Assembly: GCA_964416845.1 (NCBI GenBank) | Contig: CAYQFV010000002.1 | Span: 4,525 to 68,524 of the forward strand | Origin: an uncultured Phycisphaeraceae bacterium | Lineage (GTDB): Bacteria; Planctomycetota; Phycisphaerae; UBA1845 | Direction of reading: 5' to 3' | DNA: 64,000 nucleotides | In this document: positions 53,075 to 62,289 of the stretch, piece by piece | Numbering within the stretch: position 1 is the stretch's first letter | Layout: each line of letters begins with the position of its first letter | Notes under the pieces: generated by a model | Databases searched by the model: none | What the model saw: the letters and a program-made list of their open reading frames with translations, nothing else | Told to the model about the DNA's origin: nothing | Program-made: the position numbers and the translations under genes

Positions 53075-54088
53075 ATGGCGACCATTCTGGGCATCGAAAC
53101 ATCGTGCGACGAGACAGCCGCCGCCGTAGTGACGGACGGTCAAATCGTACGGAGCAACATCGTCGCGTCACAGGTGGACCGACATCGTCGATACGGCGGC
53201 GTCGTGCCGGAAATCGCCTCACGGGCTCACATCGAATGCATCGACGCCGTCATCAAAGAAGCGATGTCCGACGCAGGATGCAATCACGAAGACTTGGATG
53301 CCATCGCGGTAACGTCTCGCCCGGGGCTAGCCGGATCACTACTGATCGGCGTGACCGCAGCCAAAACGTTGAGCTGGGCCTGGGGCAAGCCGCTGGTCGC
53401 GGTGAACCACGTCCTCGCCCACGCGTGCAGCCCGGCCATCGGTGTTCGTCCGATTCCCTGGCCGGCCGTGGGGCTGGTCGTTTCGGGCGGGCACACGTCG
53501 TTGTATCGCATCGACGGGTTCGACGCGATCGAGCTGCTCGGTCAGACCACCGACGACGCAGCAGGCGAGGCGTTCGACAAAGTCGCATCGATTCTGGGCT
53601 TGCCCTATCCCGGAGGCCCCGAGATCGAGCGGTCGGGCTCGCAGGGCAATCCGCAGGCCGTCGCGTTTCCACGGTCCATGCTCGGGCGAAAATCACTGGA
53701 CTTCTCCTTTTCGGGCATCAAGACAGCCGTCTTGTACGCAGTGAACGGCCGGGGGAAGACATCGGGCGGTCTGGAGAAACTGAACGCCGCCCAAAAGGCC
53801 GATCTGGCAGCAAGTTTCCAGGAAGCGGTCGTCGATGTGTTGGTCACCAAGACCATGCGCGCTTTGGATCAGACGGGTCTGTCGACGGTAGCCCTAAGCG
53901 GCGGTGTGGCGGCCAACGGGCGTCTGCGTGAAGGGTTATCCGTGGCATGTGCGAATCGTGGCGCTACGCTCCATGCAGCCAGCCGCTCGTATTGTACGGA
54001 CAATGCGGTGATGATCGCAGCGATGGGTGAACACCTTTTCGCCCGAGGAGAATTGGCGTCGTTGGCGCTCGACGCGTCGCCCCGCTGA
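53075..54088 (+). CDS. tsaD: tRNA N6-adenosine threonylcarbamoyltransferase
   Basis: ILGIETSCDETAAAVV, ASRAHIE, VNHVLAH, GGHTSLY, DDAAGEAFDKVA and LSGGVAANGRLR. Confidence 0.9.
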   Translation: MATILGIETSCDETAAAVVTDGQIVRSNIVASQVDRHRRYGGVVPEIASRAHIECIDAVIKEAMSDAGCNHEDLDAIAVTSRPGLAGSLLIGVTAAKTLSWAWGKPLVAVNHVLAHACSPAIGVRPIPWPAVGLVVSGGHTSLYRIDGFDAIELLGQTTDDAAGEAFDKVASILGLPYPGGPEIERSGSQGNPQAVAFPRSMLGRKSLDFSFSGIKTAVLYAVNGRGKTSGGLEKLNAAQKADLAASFQEAVVDVLVTKTMRALDQTGLSTVALSGGVAANGRLREGLSVACANRGATLHAASRSYCTDNAVMIAAMGEHLFARGELASLALDASPR

Positions 54089-54130
54089 TCGCCATCGGGA
54101 TGACGCCGGTTCCGTTCTTGGAAGGTATGG

Positions 54131-54892
54131 TTGATGGACGAGCAATCGCTCCGAACGATGCTGGAGGCGCTCCAGACCGGCTCCTTGGCCGTGAACGATG
54201 CGATGGAGCGGTTGCGGGGACTGCCATTTGAAGACCTTTCGTTCGCCAAGATCGACCACCACCGCGCTATTCGTTGCGGATTTCCGGAAGTCGTCTACTG
54301 CGAGGGCAAAACGGTCGAGCAGGTTGTCGCCATCGTCGAACGACTCAAAGCCGGCGGCGGCAATGTATTGGCGACCCGCATCTCGCCGGAACAATCCGAC
54401 GCTGTCCTGAAGCGTTGTCCCGAGGCGGAGTATCATACAACCGCCCGAGCAATCACCATCCGTCAGCATCCGCCCGTTTTGAGTCATGGAACCGTCGCGT
54501 TGCTGTCGGCTGGCACGAGTGACGGACCCGTCGCCGAAGAAGCTCGGGTGACGGCTGAAATCATGGACCAACGGGTCGAGTCCTTTTACGACGTCGGCGT
54601 GGCAGGGATTCATCGTCTGCTCGCCCATCGTGAATCGCTTCAACAGGCAAGCGTGTGCATCGTCGTGGCGGGCATGGAGGGTGCTCTTGCGAGCGTCGTC
54701 GGCGGATTGGTCGCCTGCCCCGTCATCGCCGTGCCGACCAGCATTGGCTATGGCGCGAGTTTCGGCGGAGTGGCTGCCTTGCTCGCCATGCTCAATAGCT
54801 GCGCTTCGGGCGTCGTGGTCGTCAACATTGACAACGGTTTTTCCGCGGGCTACACAGCCGCATTGATCAACCGCCTCGCCGACAAGGAGTGA
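54131..54892 (+). CDS. larB: Nickel-pincer cofactor biosynthesis protein LarB (AIR-carboxylase-like)
   Basis: IDHHRAIRCGFPEVVYCEGKT, then the PurE-like domain VALLSAGTSDGPVAEEA...VVAGMEGALASVVGGL...VIAVPTSIGYG. Confidence 0.8.
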   Translation: MMDEQSLRTMLEALQTGSLAVNDAMERLRGLPFEDLSFAKIDHHRAIRCGFPEVVYCEGKTVEQVVAIVERLKAGGGNVLATRISPEQSDAVLKRCPEAEYHTTARAITIRQHPPVLSHGTVALLSAGTSDGPVAEEARVTAEIMDQRVESFYDVGVAGIHRLLAHRESLQQASVCIVVAGMEGALASVVGGLVACPVIAVPTSIGYGASFGGVAALLAMLNSCASGVVVVNIDNGFSAGYTAALINRLADKE

Positions 54893-54927
54893 TGTTTCGA
54901 CCGCCATACGCGCGAACGCAGTGGGCA

Positions 54928-55029
54928 GGGTGGCCCACGTCCTCAGACGTGGGAAAAGCGATGAGCGCGTGCGAGAAATGTCGGCATATGATCATCGTGT
55001 CCCCCACGGCTAAAGCCATGGGCCACCCA
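54928..55029. repeat. Palindromic intergenic element (family D)
   Basis: The 10-bp inverted repeat GGGTGGCCCA (54928-54937) / TGGGCCACCC (55020-55029) encloses hairpin CCCACGTC-CTCA-GACGTGGG (54934-54953) and CCCACGGCTAAAGCCATGGG (about 55003-55022). Confidence 0.6.
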
Positions 55030-55060
55030 TCCGTCAGATCGTCAATAACGGAGCGTTAAA

Positions 55061-55915
55061 TTGACACCCATCAAAGGCATCCCACCATTTCCCGATCGCG
55101 CCGACGACGTGCACAAAGGCAATGTCGGCCGAGTTGTAATCGTCGGTGGGCGATTCGACGATGTGGGCATGGTCGGGGCGCCCGCGTTGGCGGCCAACGC
55201 TGCCTTGAGAACGGGCGCAGGGCTGGTGCAGATTCTGACGACCAAGGAAGCCCAGCTTCCAGTCAGCATCTTGGCGCCCTGTGCCACGACCCGCGTCTTG
55301 CCAAGCGGCGACGGCAGTCTATTAATTGATGCGGTCCGCGCGTTCGCCGCAGATGTCGTCGCGATTGGCCCGGGGCTAACGCCGCACGTCACAGGTGCCG
55401 ATGTCCTGCGTCTGGCCAATTCGTTCACTGGGGGCGTGGTGATCGACGCGGACGGGTTGAATGCGTTGGCTCGACTTGGAACGTGGTCAATGTCGCGAAA
55501 AGGTCAAGTCGTCATCACGCCCCATCCCGGCGAAATGCGACGATTGCTGCGGGGACTGGGACAAGACGACAATCTGGCAGCGAGGTCCGCGTCCGCGAAG
55601 TTGGTGGCTGACGCGACCGGAACCATCGTTGTTCTGAAGGGCGCTGGCACGGTCGTCAGCGACGGCGAGCGGGAGTATGTCAATGCGACGGGCCACAGTG
55701 GCATGGCTACGGGCGGTTCGGGCGATGTGTTGACGGGAATGATTGCGGCGTTGATGGGGCAGGGAATGAACGCCTTCGACGCATCGGTGCTCGGTGTGTA
55801 TCTTCATGGCAGGGCGGGCGAACACGCCGGAATGCAAACGGGCATGGTTTCGATGACCGCGACCGACCTTCTCGACGGCATCGGGCGGTCGATCGACGCG
55901 CACCGGGCGACTTAA
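55061..55915 (+). CDS. nnrD: ADP-dependent NAD(P)H-hydrate dehydratase
   Basis: TTG start. HKGNVGRVVIVGG, ITPHPGEMRRL, VLKGAGTVV and GMATGGSGDVLTGMIAALMGQG are YjeF C-terminal domain blocks. No epimerase domain is present. Confidence 0.85.
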   Translation: MTPIKGIPPFPDRADDVHKGNVGRVVIVGGRFDDVGMVGAPALAANAALRTGAGLVQILTTKEAQLPVSILAPCATTRVLPSGDGSLLIDAVRAFAADVVAIGPGLTPHVTGADVLRLANSFTGGVVIDADGLNALARLGTWSMSRKGQVVITPHPGEMRRLLRGLGQDDNLAARSASAKLVADATGTIVVLKGAGTVVSDGEREYVNATGHSGMATGGSGDVLTGMIAALMGQGMNAFDASVLGVYLHGRAGEHAGMQTGMVSMTATDLLDGIGRSIDAHRAT

Positions 55916-56040
55916 TGTCGGGACAACGGGCAGGACGAGACCCGTTTCCGTCTGGCGATCTCCCCGGGTTTGGTCGGATGATTTGAGAGTTGATGTAGAA
56001 GAGTTGCGTTCGTGGCGCGCGGATTTGAGGAGGATCAAGC

Positions 56041-56763
56041 ATGTTGACCAGAACAATGTGGTGGGCGGCGATGGTGGTTGTCGCGACTGCCGCGTCGGCG
56101 ACGGCCCAGGAAACGATTGAATCGGTGGAGAAAAAGATCCTGAAAATGCTGGAACACAATAGGACGATGGTTGCCCACGTGGTGTCCACCATCGAAGAGT
56201 CCAGCGAGGATTTCAACATCAAAACGACCAAACGTGGATCGTACGAGTGCGTGAAGAGCGGACAAACGACTCGGTTTCGTCAGGAGTCGTTGATCACCGG
56301 CGTCGAATCAGTCGCCGGAGACAAGACCGAGTTCGAGCAAACGGAGCTGATCGTCTGCGACGGACAAAACGTCTACACACTCGTGGATAACATGGGGCAC
56401 AAGTCGGCGGTGCGCGTCAAGGCTGACCGCTCCAGAACCGGCGGAATCGACAAAGCCCTCTTCGCCCGTTGGCATCGGGCTTACAACATGACGCTGCTCC
56501 CCGACGACAAGGTGGACGGGCAGGCGACGTACGTAATCGAAGCAAAACCCAAACTGGACGATGCGGTCTTGCCAGCCAGAACGCTGTACTTCTTTCGGAA
56601 AGACAACGGCATCATGGTCAAACGCATCCAGGAAAACAGCGATGGCAAAATCACGGAATCAACCACCTACAGCGACGTTCGCGTCAATGAGGAGATCGAT
56701 CCCAGCCGCTTCGTGTTCAAAGCGCCCGAGGGCGTCCGGGTCAAAGACCGCCTGAACCCTTGA
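56041..56763 (+). CDS. LolA-like outer-membrane lipoprotein-sorting family protein
   Basis: Signal MLTRTMWWAAMVVVATAASATA|QE. The length and pattern (...DGQATYVIEAKPK...YFFRKDNGIMVK...FVFKAPEGV) are typical of LolA-fold periplasmic proteins. This is a motif-level call. Confidence 0.55.
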   Translation: MLTRTMWWAAMVVVATAASATAQETIESVEKKILKMLEHNRTMVAHVVSTIEESSEDFNIKTTKRGSYECVKSGQTTRFRQESLITGVESVAGDKTEFEQTELIVCDGQNVYTLVDNMGHKSAVRVKADRSRTGGIDKALFARWHRAYNMTLLPDDKVDGQATYVIEAKPKLDDAVLPARTLYFFRKDNGIMVKRIQENSDGKITESTTYSDVRVNEEIDPSRFVFKAPEGVRVKDRLNP

Positions 56764-56813
56764 GCGTCCGGCGGGGGCACGACGTCGCGACCCGTCGGCG
56801 AGAAGCATTGAGG

Positions 56814-58037
56814 TTAGCGAGACTGTCGCTGAGCGACGGCCTGCGGTTGTGGAGCGGCAGCAGCGACCGACCGTAAGAATCGCGTGATGTCGGTGGGACG
56901 AACCCGCGATTTACTGCGCAGCTTCGTGATGAACTCTTCCACAAGTTTGTTGTACTGCATGTTGCGAAAATGTTCGACGAGCCTCGGCTGCATCGATTCA
57001 AAGTCCGGCGTTTCGCCGGGATCGATCTGAGCAACCCGAACGATGAAAAAAGCGTCGGGGGTTTCGACGATGTCGCCCAACGAACCAACGGACTCGAGCG
57101 AGTAGAGCATTTCGACTGCCGGCTCCAATCGTTCGCGAACGCTGCCGCGGGTCACCCATCCCCAACTTCCGCCGCTTGCTGCGCGCAACCCGTTGGAATA
57201 CTGCCGGGCGACCTCGCCGAAATCCGCGCCCGCAACCAATGCATCGTACGCTTCAGAGACGATTCGCCGGGCTTTGTCCTGCGCATCGGCGAGTTGCAGC
57301 GCAGACGGCGATCGCTGCCCACGCGGAAGCTGGGCGGCGACGCTGATCTCAATGAGCTGCATCTTGCGTCGTTCAGGCTTGGCAAGTGAATCGCGCTGGC
57401 TTTCATAGATGTGCCAAAGCTGGACGCGGGTCGGGTCGGCGATCTTGGGCCTGATTTTTAGTTGTAACCAGCGATTGATGACCAATTCACGCCGGACCAA
57501 TTCTCGGTTTTTTTCCGGTGTGATCCCGTGCGCCGCCAGCGATTGCTCGTACTTGATCCGCCTACCGGCAAACTCCGTATTGATTTGATCGCGTATTCGT
57601 TGTTCGACGAACTTTCCCAAACCTTCAGATTCCGCGTCGGAGAGGTCCTTGGACGCCTCCTGATAAATCAAGCGATCGCGAGCGAGCAATTGGACACGGT
57701 ATTGGATCGCTTCAACGAGATAGTTGCGATAGCGGGCGGGCGGCATGGACTTCGCGTGTTGCTCGAGATCGTCGCGAATCGGGTCCAAAATGTCCGCGAC
57801 GGTGATCGTGTCGCCGTTGACGGACATCTCGTCGACCGGCCCGCTGGAGCTATCGTCTGCGCTCGGCACGGGAGCAGTCGAGCCCTGCTGCTCTGATTCG
57901 CTCGTTTCGGGGGCGGTGTCTCCGGCGTCGATGGCGCGCCGAAACATCGGGTTCATGCGCATCGCGCTGCAACCGGCCGACAACAGAAGAGCAGAGGCCA
58001 ACGCAAACGCGACGGCTCGACGATTACGATCATTCAC
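56814..58037 (-). CDS. Peptidyl-prolyl cis-trans isomerase, SurA/PpiD-like lipoprotein
   Basis: The preferred GTG start at 58037 gives VNDRNRRAVAFALASALLLSAGCS (lipobox). It has a SurA-N-like helical region and a parvulin domain (QLIEISV..., GGSWGWVTRGS). The track ORF extends to 58202. Confidence 0.7.
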   Translation of the reverse strand: MNDRNRRAVAFALASALLLSAGCSAMRMNPMFRRAIDAGDTAPETSESEQQGSTAPVPSADDSSSGPVDEMSVNGDTITVADILDPIRDDLEQHAKSMPPARYRNYLVEAIQYRVQLLARDRLIYQEASKDLSDAESEGLGKFVEQRIRDQINTEFAGRRIKYEQSLAAHGITPEKNRELVRRELVINRWLQLKIRPKIADPTRVQLWHIYESQRDSLAKPERRKMQLIEISVAAQLPRGQRSPSALQLADAQDKARRIVSEAYDALVAGADFGEVARQYSNGLRAASGGSWGWVTRGSVRERLEPAVEMLYSLESVGSLGDIVETPDAFFIVRVAQIDPGETPDFESMQPRLVEHFRNMQYNKLVEEFITKLRSKSRVRPTDITRFLRSVAAAAPQPQAVAQRQSR

Positions 58038-58235
58038 GTTCGTGCATCTCCCAGAGAGGGCGATCGCCGTCAAGCCTGAGCGTATCAACAATGGCCGCCA
58101 TATCCAAGGGGCTCCCAGCAGGCTTCCTTGTCGATCGTCGCGAGCGTTTGACCGGAGACAATTGGCTTGGCGATGGCGGCGCGGTCCTGCGATGTCACCC
58201 AAGATGATCCCGCGTCGCGGCGAGCCGCGTGAACT

Positions 58236-59735
58236 CTATTCCTGCTTCGAAATGTCATACTTCTTGACGCGATATCGGAGATTGTCCCGGCTGATACCCA
58301 ACTGGCGGGCGGCTTGAGATTGATTCCAATTACTGTCGCGCAGCGCTTTGACGATCATCGCCCGCTCGAAACCCCAAAGCGTTTCCTCGCGTTGGGGCGC
58401 AACGTCATCGGCGCTCCCCCCGGAAATCTCCACCGGCAGGTCGCAGATTTGAATCGTCTGGCCGTCACACATGAGCACCGCCCGTTCCATGATGTTCTGC
58501 AGCTCGCGAACGTTTCCAGGCCAAGCGTAGCGGGTCAACATTGCGGAGGTAGCGGGCGAAACCGCCGGCGGTCTCATCCCGCTACGACCCGCTGCACGAG
58601 CGACGAAGTACTCCGCCAGACGGGGAATGTCGTCGATGCGCTCACGCAACGCCGGCAACGTGACGGGAAAAACGTTCAGCCGATAGAACAAGTCTTCGCG
58701 AAACTCGCCCTTGGCAATTTGGGCTTTGAGATTACGGTGGGTGGCTGCCACGACCCGCACGTCGCATTTGATCGTCGTCCCACCGCCCACGCGCTCGAAC
58801 GCCTGCTCTTGGAGCACGCGAAGGAGCTTCACTTGGGTGGCAGGCGAGATTTCGCCAATTTCATCGAGAAAGATCGTGCCGCCGTCAGCCAGTTCGAACC
58901 GTCCGGCTTGTTGCGACACGGCTCCGGTGAACGCCCCTCGCTCATGGCCGAAGATCTCGCTTTCCAGGAGCGTCTCGGTGAGCGCGGCACAGTGTACGAT
59001 GACGAACGGCTTGTCGAAGCGTGACGAATTGTTGTGGATGTACTTGGCGAACAGTTCTTTCCCCGTGCCGGTCTCCCCAAGCAACAAGACCGATACCGAG
59101 CTGCCGGTGACCCGATCGCACAACGCCCGCACCGCTTTGATCGCTTCGGACTCGCCGATGATCTGATCGGCTTTGAGAACCTGCTCGCACAGGAATTGAT
59201 GGTGTTGATTGAGTCGTTCGTGCGTTTGTGCGTTTCGCGCGGCGATGGCTGCCAAATTGGCAAACACCTTCAACAGTTCAAGATCGCCGTCGTTGAACTC
59301 ACCTTCGATTCGATTGAGCACTTCCACCACGCCGATCACCTCGCGATTGGCGATCATCGGGGCGGCGGCCAGCGTTCGCGTCTTGAAATTGCTGATCTCG
59401 TCGATCCCGTGATAAAAACCCCGGTCGGTTGCGACGTCGTCAACGATTTCCGCCTTGCCCGTGGCGGCGACTCGCCCGGCGATTCCCAGATCGGCGTCGA
59501 ATTCCCGACCGAGGACCAAGTGGCTTCGCTCTCCGGTGGCGGACACGAAGACGAGCTTCGCCCTCGGCTTGTCGTGGATGAGCACGCTGCCTGCTTCCGC
59601 GCCCATGACTTTCGCGGCTGATTCCGCGATGTTGTCGAGCACCGTCTTCAAGTCGAGCGTGCTGTTGATGAACGCCGACGCTTCGGCAAGCAGGGTCAGT
59701 GATTCGCGCGACAGTGATTTGGCTAGTTTGTTCAC
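58236..59735 (-). CDS. Sigma-54-dependent transcriptional activator with N-terminal GAF domain
   Basis: GAF region, then the AAA+ domain LLLGETGTGKELFA, the GAFTGA loop (ERGAFTGA), LFLDEIGE and RVVAATHRNL, and a C-terminal Fis-type HTH (QSQAARQLGISRDNLRYRVKKY). Confidence 0.9.
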   Translation of the reverse strand: MNKLAKSLSRESLTLLAEASAFINSTLDLKTVLDNIAESAAKVMGAEAGSVLIHDKPRAKLVFVSATGERSHLVLGREFDADLGIAGRVAATGKAEIVDDVATDRGFYHGIDEISNFKTRTLAAAPMIANREVIGVVEVLNRIEGEFNDGDLELLKVFANLAAIAARNAQTHERLNQHHQFLCEQVLKADQIIGESEAIKAVRALCDRVTGSSVSVLLLGETGTGKELFAKYIHNNSSRFDKPFVIVHCAALTETLLESEIFGHERGAFTGAVSQQAGRFELADGGTIFLDEIGEISPATQVKLLRVLQEQAFERVGGGTTIKCDVRVVAATHRNLKAQIAKGEFREDLFYRLNVFPVTLPALRERIDDIPRLAEYFVARAAGRSGMRPPAVSPATSAMLTRYAWPGNVRELQNIMERAVLMCDGQTIQICDLPVEISGGSADDVAPQREETLWGFERAMIVKALRDSNWNQSQAARQLGISRDNLRYRVKKYDISKQE

Positions 59736-59766
59736 TTGGCCTCACGCTCCTTGCGCTACCGCAACT

Positions 59767-60414
59767 CTACGGAAGGATTTCGATCTCGTCGCCGATCCTC
59801 AACACGTCAAACAGTTCCACGATGTGCTCGTCACGCAGAGCGATACAACCGGACGTTCGGGCTGCCCGGTCAGCGGCCCCGTGCAAGCCAATCCCGCCCC
59901 CCAACGCCGTTTTCCAGGACGGGCACCGACCCGTCGCATCAGCCCGACGGATGGCAGCCGCCTCTCCGGGCGTGATCAAACCGTCACGAAGTCCTCGATC
60001 CGCCGCCTCCGAATCCGGGTAGCTGATACCCAAAAAACGACGGTTGGGGCTTTTGTTGTTCTTGGTGCATATCCGAAATCGCCCCTCCGGCGTGCGGCCA
60101 TCACCGGCGCGGCTTTTCGGACCGCTCGGAAACGGCCCGAGACGAATCGGATACGTACGAACCAAGTCGGCCCCATCAAACAAGTACAACTTGAGTTTTG
60201 ATTTCACGACGACAACGCGAGGGCCGTCGAGCACCCGCATCGATGATCTTGCCGCCCCGTCACATAAGAGGCTATCAGCCCACGATCCGGCGACTTGCGT
60301 CGAAAGAACGATTAGCATGCAGGACAGAACAAGCGTCTTGCAAAATGCCCGATGGCAAAACCCGGTGGTGTGCGATAATGGCGGCTGGGCATGCTGTCTT
60401 GAATCGGCCATCAT
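59767..60414 (-). CDS. L,D-transpeptidase (YkuD domain)
   Basis: Catalytic block GIGLHGAADRAARTSGCIALRDEHI. The start is placed at the ATGATG (60414/60411), so the gene does not overlap the divergent sigma-factor gene. The track start (TTG at 60495) is less likely. Confidence 0.8.
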   Translation of the reverse strand: MMADSRQHAQPPLSHTTGFCHRAFCKTLVLSCMLIVLSTQVAGSWADSLLCDGAARSSMRVLDGPRVVVVKSKLKLYLFDGADLVRTYPIRLGPFPSGPKSRAGDGRTPEGRFRICTKNNKSPNRRFLGISYPDSEAADRGLRDGLITPGEAAAIRRADATGRCPSWKTALGGGIGLHGAADRAARTSGCIALRDEHIVELFDVLRIGDEIEILP

Positions 60415-60473
60415 TGGATTCTCAACTGGCGGCAAGATTGACGAACTCGACCTCAATTGTGACGTAAGGATAC

Positions 60474-61094
60474 ATGAGAGCGGCACGAACGCCAACCGAT
60501 GAGCAACTGCTCGCCAAGCACCTAGAAGGCGAGCCGCACGTGTTCGAGTTGCTCGTTCGGCGGCATAGCGAGGAGCTGTACCGCTTCGTGCTTCGCTTCA
60601 CGAATAGTTCGGCCGGCGCGGATGACGTCGTGCAGGATGCTTTTTTGCAGGCGTACGTGTCGGCCGACCGGTTTGATCCCACAAGGCGGTTCAAGCCGTG
60701 GTTGTACACGATCGCAGCGAACAAAGCCCGCGATTGGCTACGTAGCCGCGCTCGCCGTTCAGAAGTGCCGTTGGATGCCGAAATTGGTGGCGACCAAGGT
60801 GGACAAAAGTATCTCGAATTGTTCAGTTCCGACGGCGACGACTTATCCGCCCAATTGGACGAAGCGGAACAGCGACGGTTCGTGCGCCGAATCGTCGAAG
60901 ACATGCCCCAAACGTTGCGGGAGGTGCTCATCTTAGCGTACTACCACCGATTCCCTTACAAGGAAATCGCCGACATCCTGGGCATTCCCGTCGGAACGGT
61001 CAAGAGTCGGCTTCACTCAGCCGTGGGGCATTTCGGGCAGGCGTATCGCGCTGCCGCCAACGCTGCGGTGGGTCGTGGTTCGGACGAGGGATAG
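60474..61094 (+). CDS. ECF-type RNA polymerase sigma-70 family factor
   Basis: Region 2: YRFVLRFTNSSAGADDVVQDAFLQAY...FKPWLYTIAANKARDWLR. Region 4: LREVLILAYYHRFPYKEIADILGIPVGTVKSRLH. Confidence 0.85.
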   Translation: MRAARTPTDEQLLAKHLEGEPHVFELLVRRHSEELYRFVLRFTNSSAGADDVVQDAFLQAYVSADRFDPTRRFKPWLYTIAANKARDWLRSRARRSEVPLDAEIGGDQGGQKYLELFSSDGDDLSAQLDEAEQRRFVRRIVEDMPQTLREVLILAYYHRFPYKEIADILGIPVGTVKSRLHSAVGHFGQAYRAAANAAVGRGSDEG

Positions 61095-61225
61095 CATTGT
61101 TTGGGGACCCGGGGTGAACGAGGAATGACTCGTGCAACAACCGACTGGACGAATGGGCACGGCAGTGATGGCGACACGGTGTTGCCCATGCACTCCAGCA
61201 GAATGACCTTTGAGACGGGATCGAC

Positions 61226-62221
61226 ATGAGCGATCGCAGGATCCATCTAGACGACTGGTTGCTCGACGATCAGCTTGGTCAACTCTCCTCCGCGGAGCGT
61301 GAAGAGCTTGCCGAGGCAATCCGCAACGACCCGGACCTGGCAGCCAGGCAGCGTCGCATTCGGCGTGTACTAGAGCCGCTCGACGGCTGGGCGACGTCCC
61401 CGCCGCCGATCAACCTTGCCAACAGAATCGTGGCGCAAATCGCCGCCCACGAATCAAACCGAACGGCCGGAGTACGCAGCCCCCGCCCTAGCAAACCGAT
61501 CGGAAGGTGGTCGCGGGGCGCGCCGTTCTCGCTACGAGAAGCGCTCGCAGTGGCAGCGGTCATCGCCTTCTTCGGCCTGATCGTCATCCCGAGCATGTCC
61601 AACCTGCGCGCCAAATCCCTGATAACAACTTGCCGAAACAACCTGGCAGGCATCGGCCGGGCGGTCTCCCTGTATGCGGCGGCCAACGACGACTCGCTGC
61701 CACAGGTGCAAATGGTGTCGGGCGGGCGGTGGCTTCGTCATGCTGAAACGAGCGGCCCGTTCTCGCCCAACAGTCGCAGTCCCTATCTGCTGTTGCGTTT
61801 TCGCTACGCTGAGAGTCCCAAGCTGTTTGTCTGCCCTTCATGTCGAAAATCCGAGCCGATGAAGGTGGCCAACGCGGGCGACCTGCCTGGTTTCCCTGAT
61901 CCGCGCAATTGCAGCTACGATTCCATCAACGTCGGCGGGCCGACGCCCCGTTATGGCAGTCTTCCCCATCGGCCGTACATGGCGGACGCAAATCCGCTGT
62001 TCGTCGACGGTCGATTTCACCGGATCGATCCGGGATCAAATTCACCCAACCACGGAAGGTCGCGTGGCCAAAACGTACTCGCAATCGATGGCAGTGCAGA
62101 TTGGTACCGCTCGCCCACCTTTGGTCGCACTCGCGACAACATCTGGCAAGCCGGTACGGTTCGCATCTACCGCGGCGCGGAAGTGCAAACTTCGATCGCC
62201 GACACGTTTCTCGTTCCCTAG
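61226..62221 (+). CDS. Anti-sigma-like N-terminal domain fused to degenerate prepilin/DUF1559-like (pseudopilin-type) domain
   Basis: Residues 1-~60 are helical and resemble an anti-sigma head (LSSAEREELAEAIRNDPDLAARQRRIRRVLEPL). Around residue 105 the prepilin-like segment is PFSLREALAVAAVIAFFGLIVIPSMSNLRAKSLITTCRNNLAGIGRAVSLY. The C-terminal NHGRSRGQNVLAIDGSADWY resembles the H-x-G-x-NVLFxDGSV end of planctomycete DUF1559 proteins. Confidence 0.55.
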   Translation: MSDRRIHLDDWLLDDQLGQLSSAEREELAEAIRNDPDLAARQRRIRRVLEPLDGWATSPPPINLANRIVAQIAAHESNRTAGVRSPRPSKPIGRWSRGAPFSLREALAVAAVIAFFGLIVIPSMSNLRAKSLITTCRNNLAGIGRAVSLYAAANDDSLPQVQMVSGGRWLRHAETSGPFSPNSRSPYLLLRFRYAESPKLFVCPSCRKSEPMKVANAGDLPGFPDPRNCSYDSINVGGPTPRYGSLPHRPYMADANPLFVDGRFHRIDPGSNSPNHGRSRGQNVLAIDGSADWYRSPTFGRTRDNIWQAGTVRIYRGAEVQTSIADTFLVP

Positions 62222-62289
62222 CGTGCCGTCGCCGGCGTAGGCGGCGCTCACGCAGCAGCGCGTGCACTCCATCAGGAGCGTTCAGACAC

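Noticed and set aside
61909-62289. N-terminal 127 codons of the 353-aa track ORF containing nfi
   Set aside because: This part overlaps the 3' end of the preceding anti-sigma/DUF1559-like gene in another frame and is Arg-rich with no similarity. Endonuclease V similarity begins right after the GTG at 62290.
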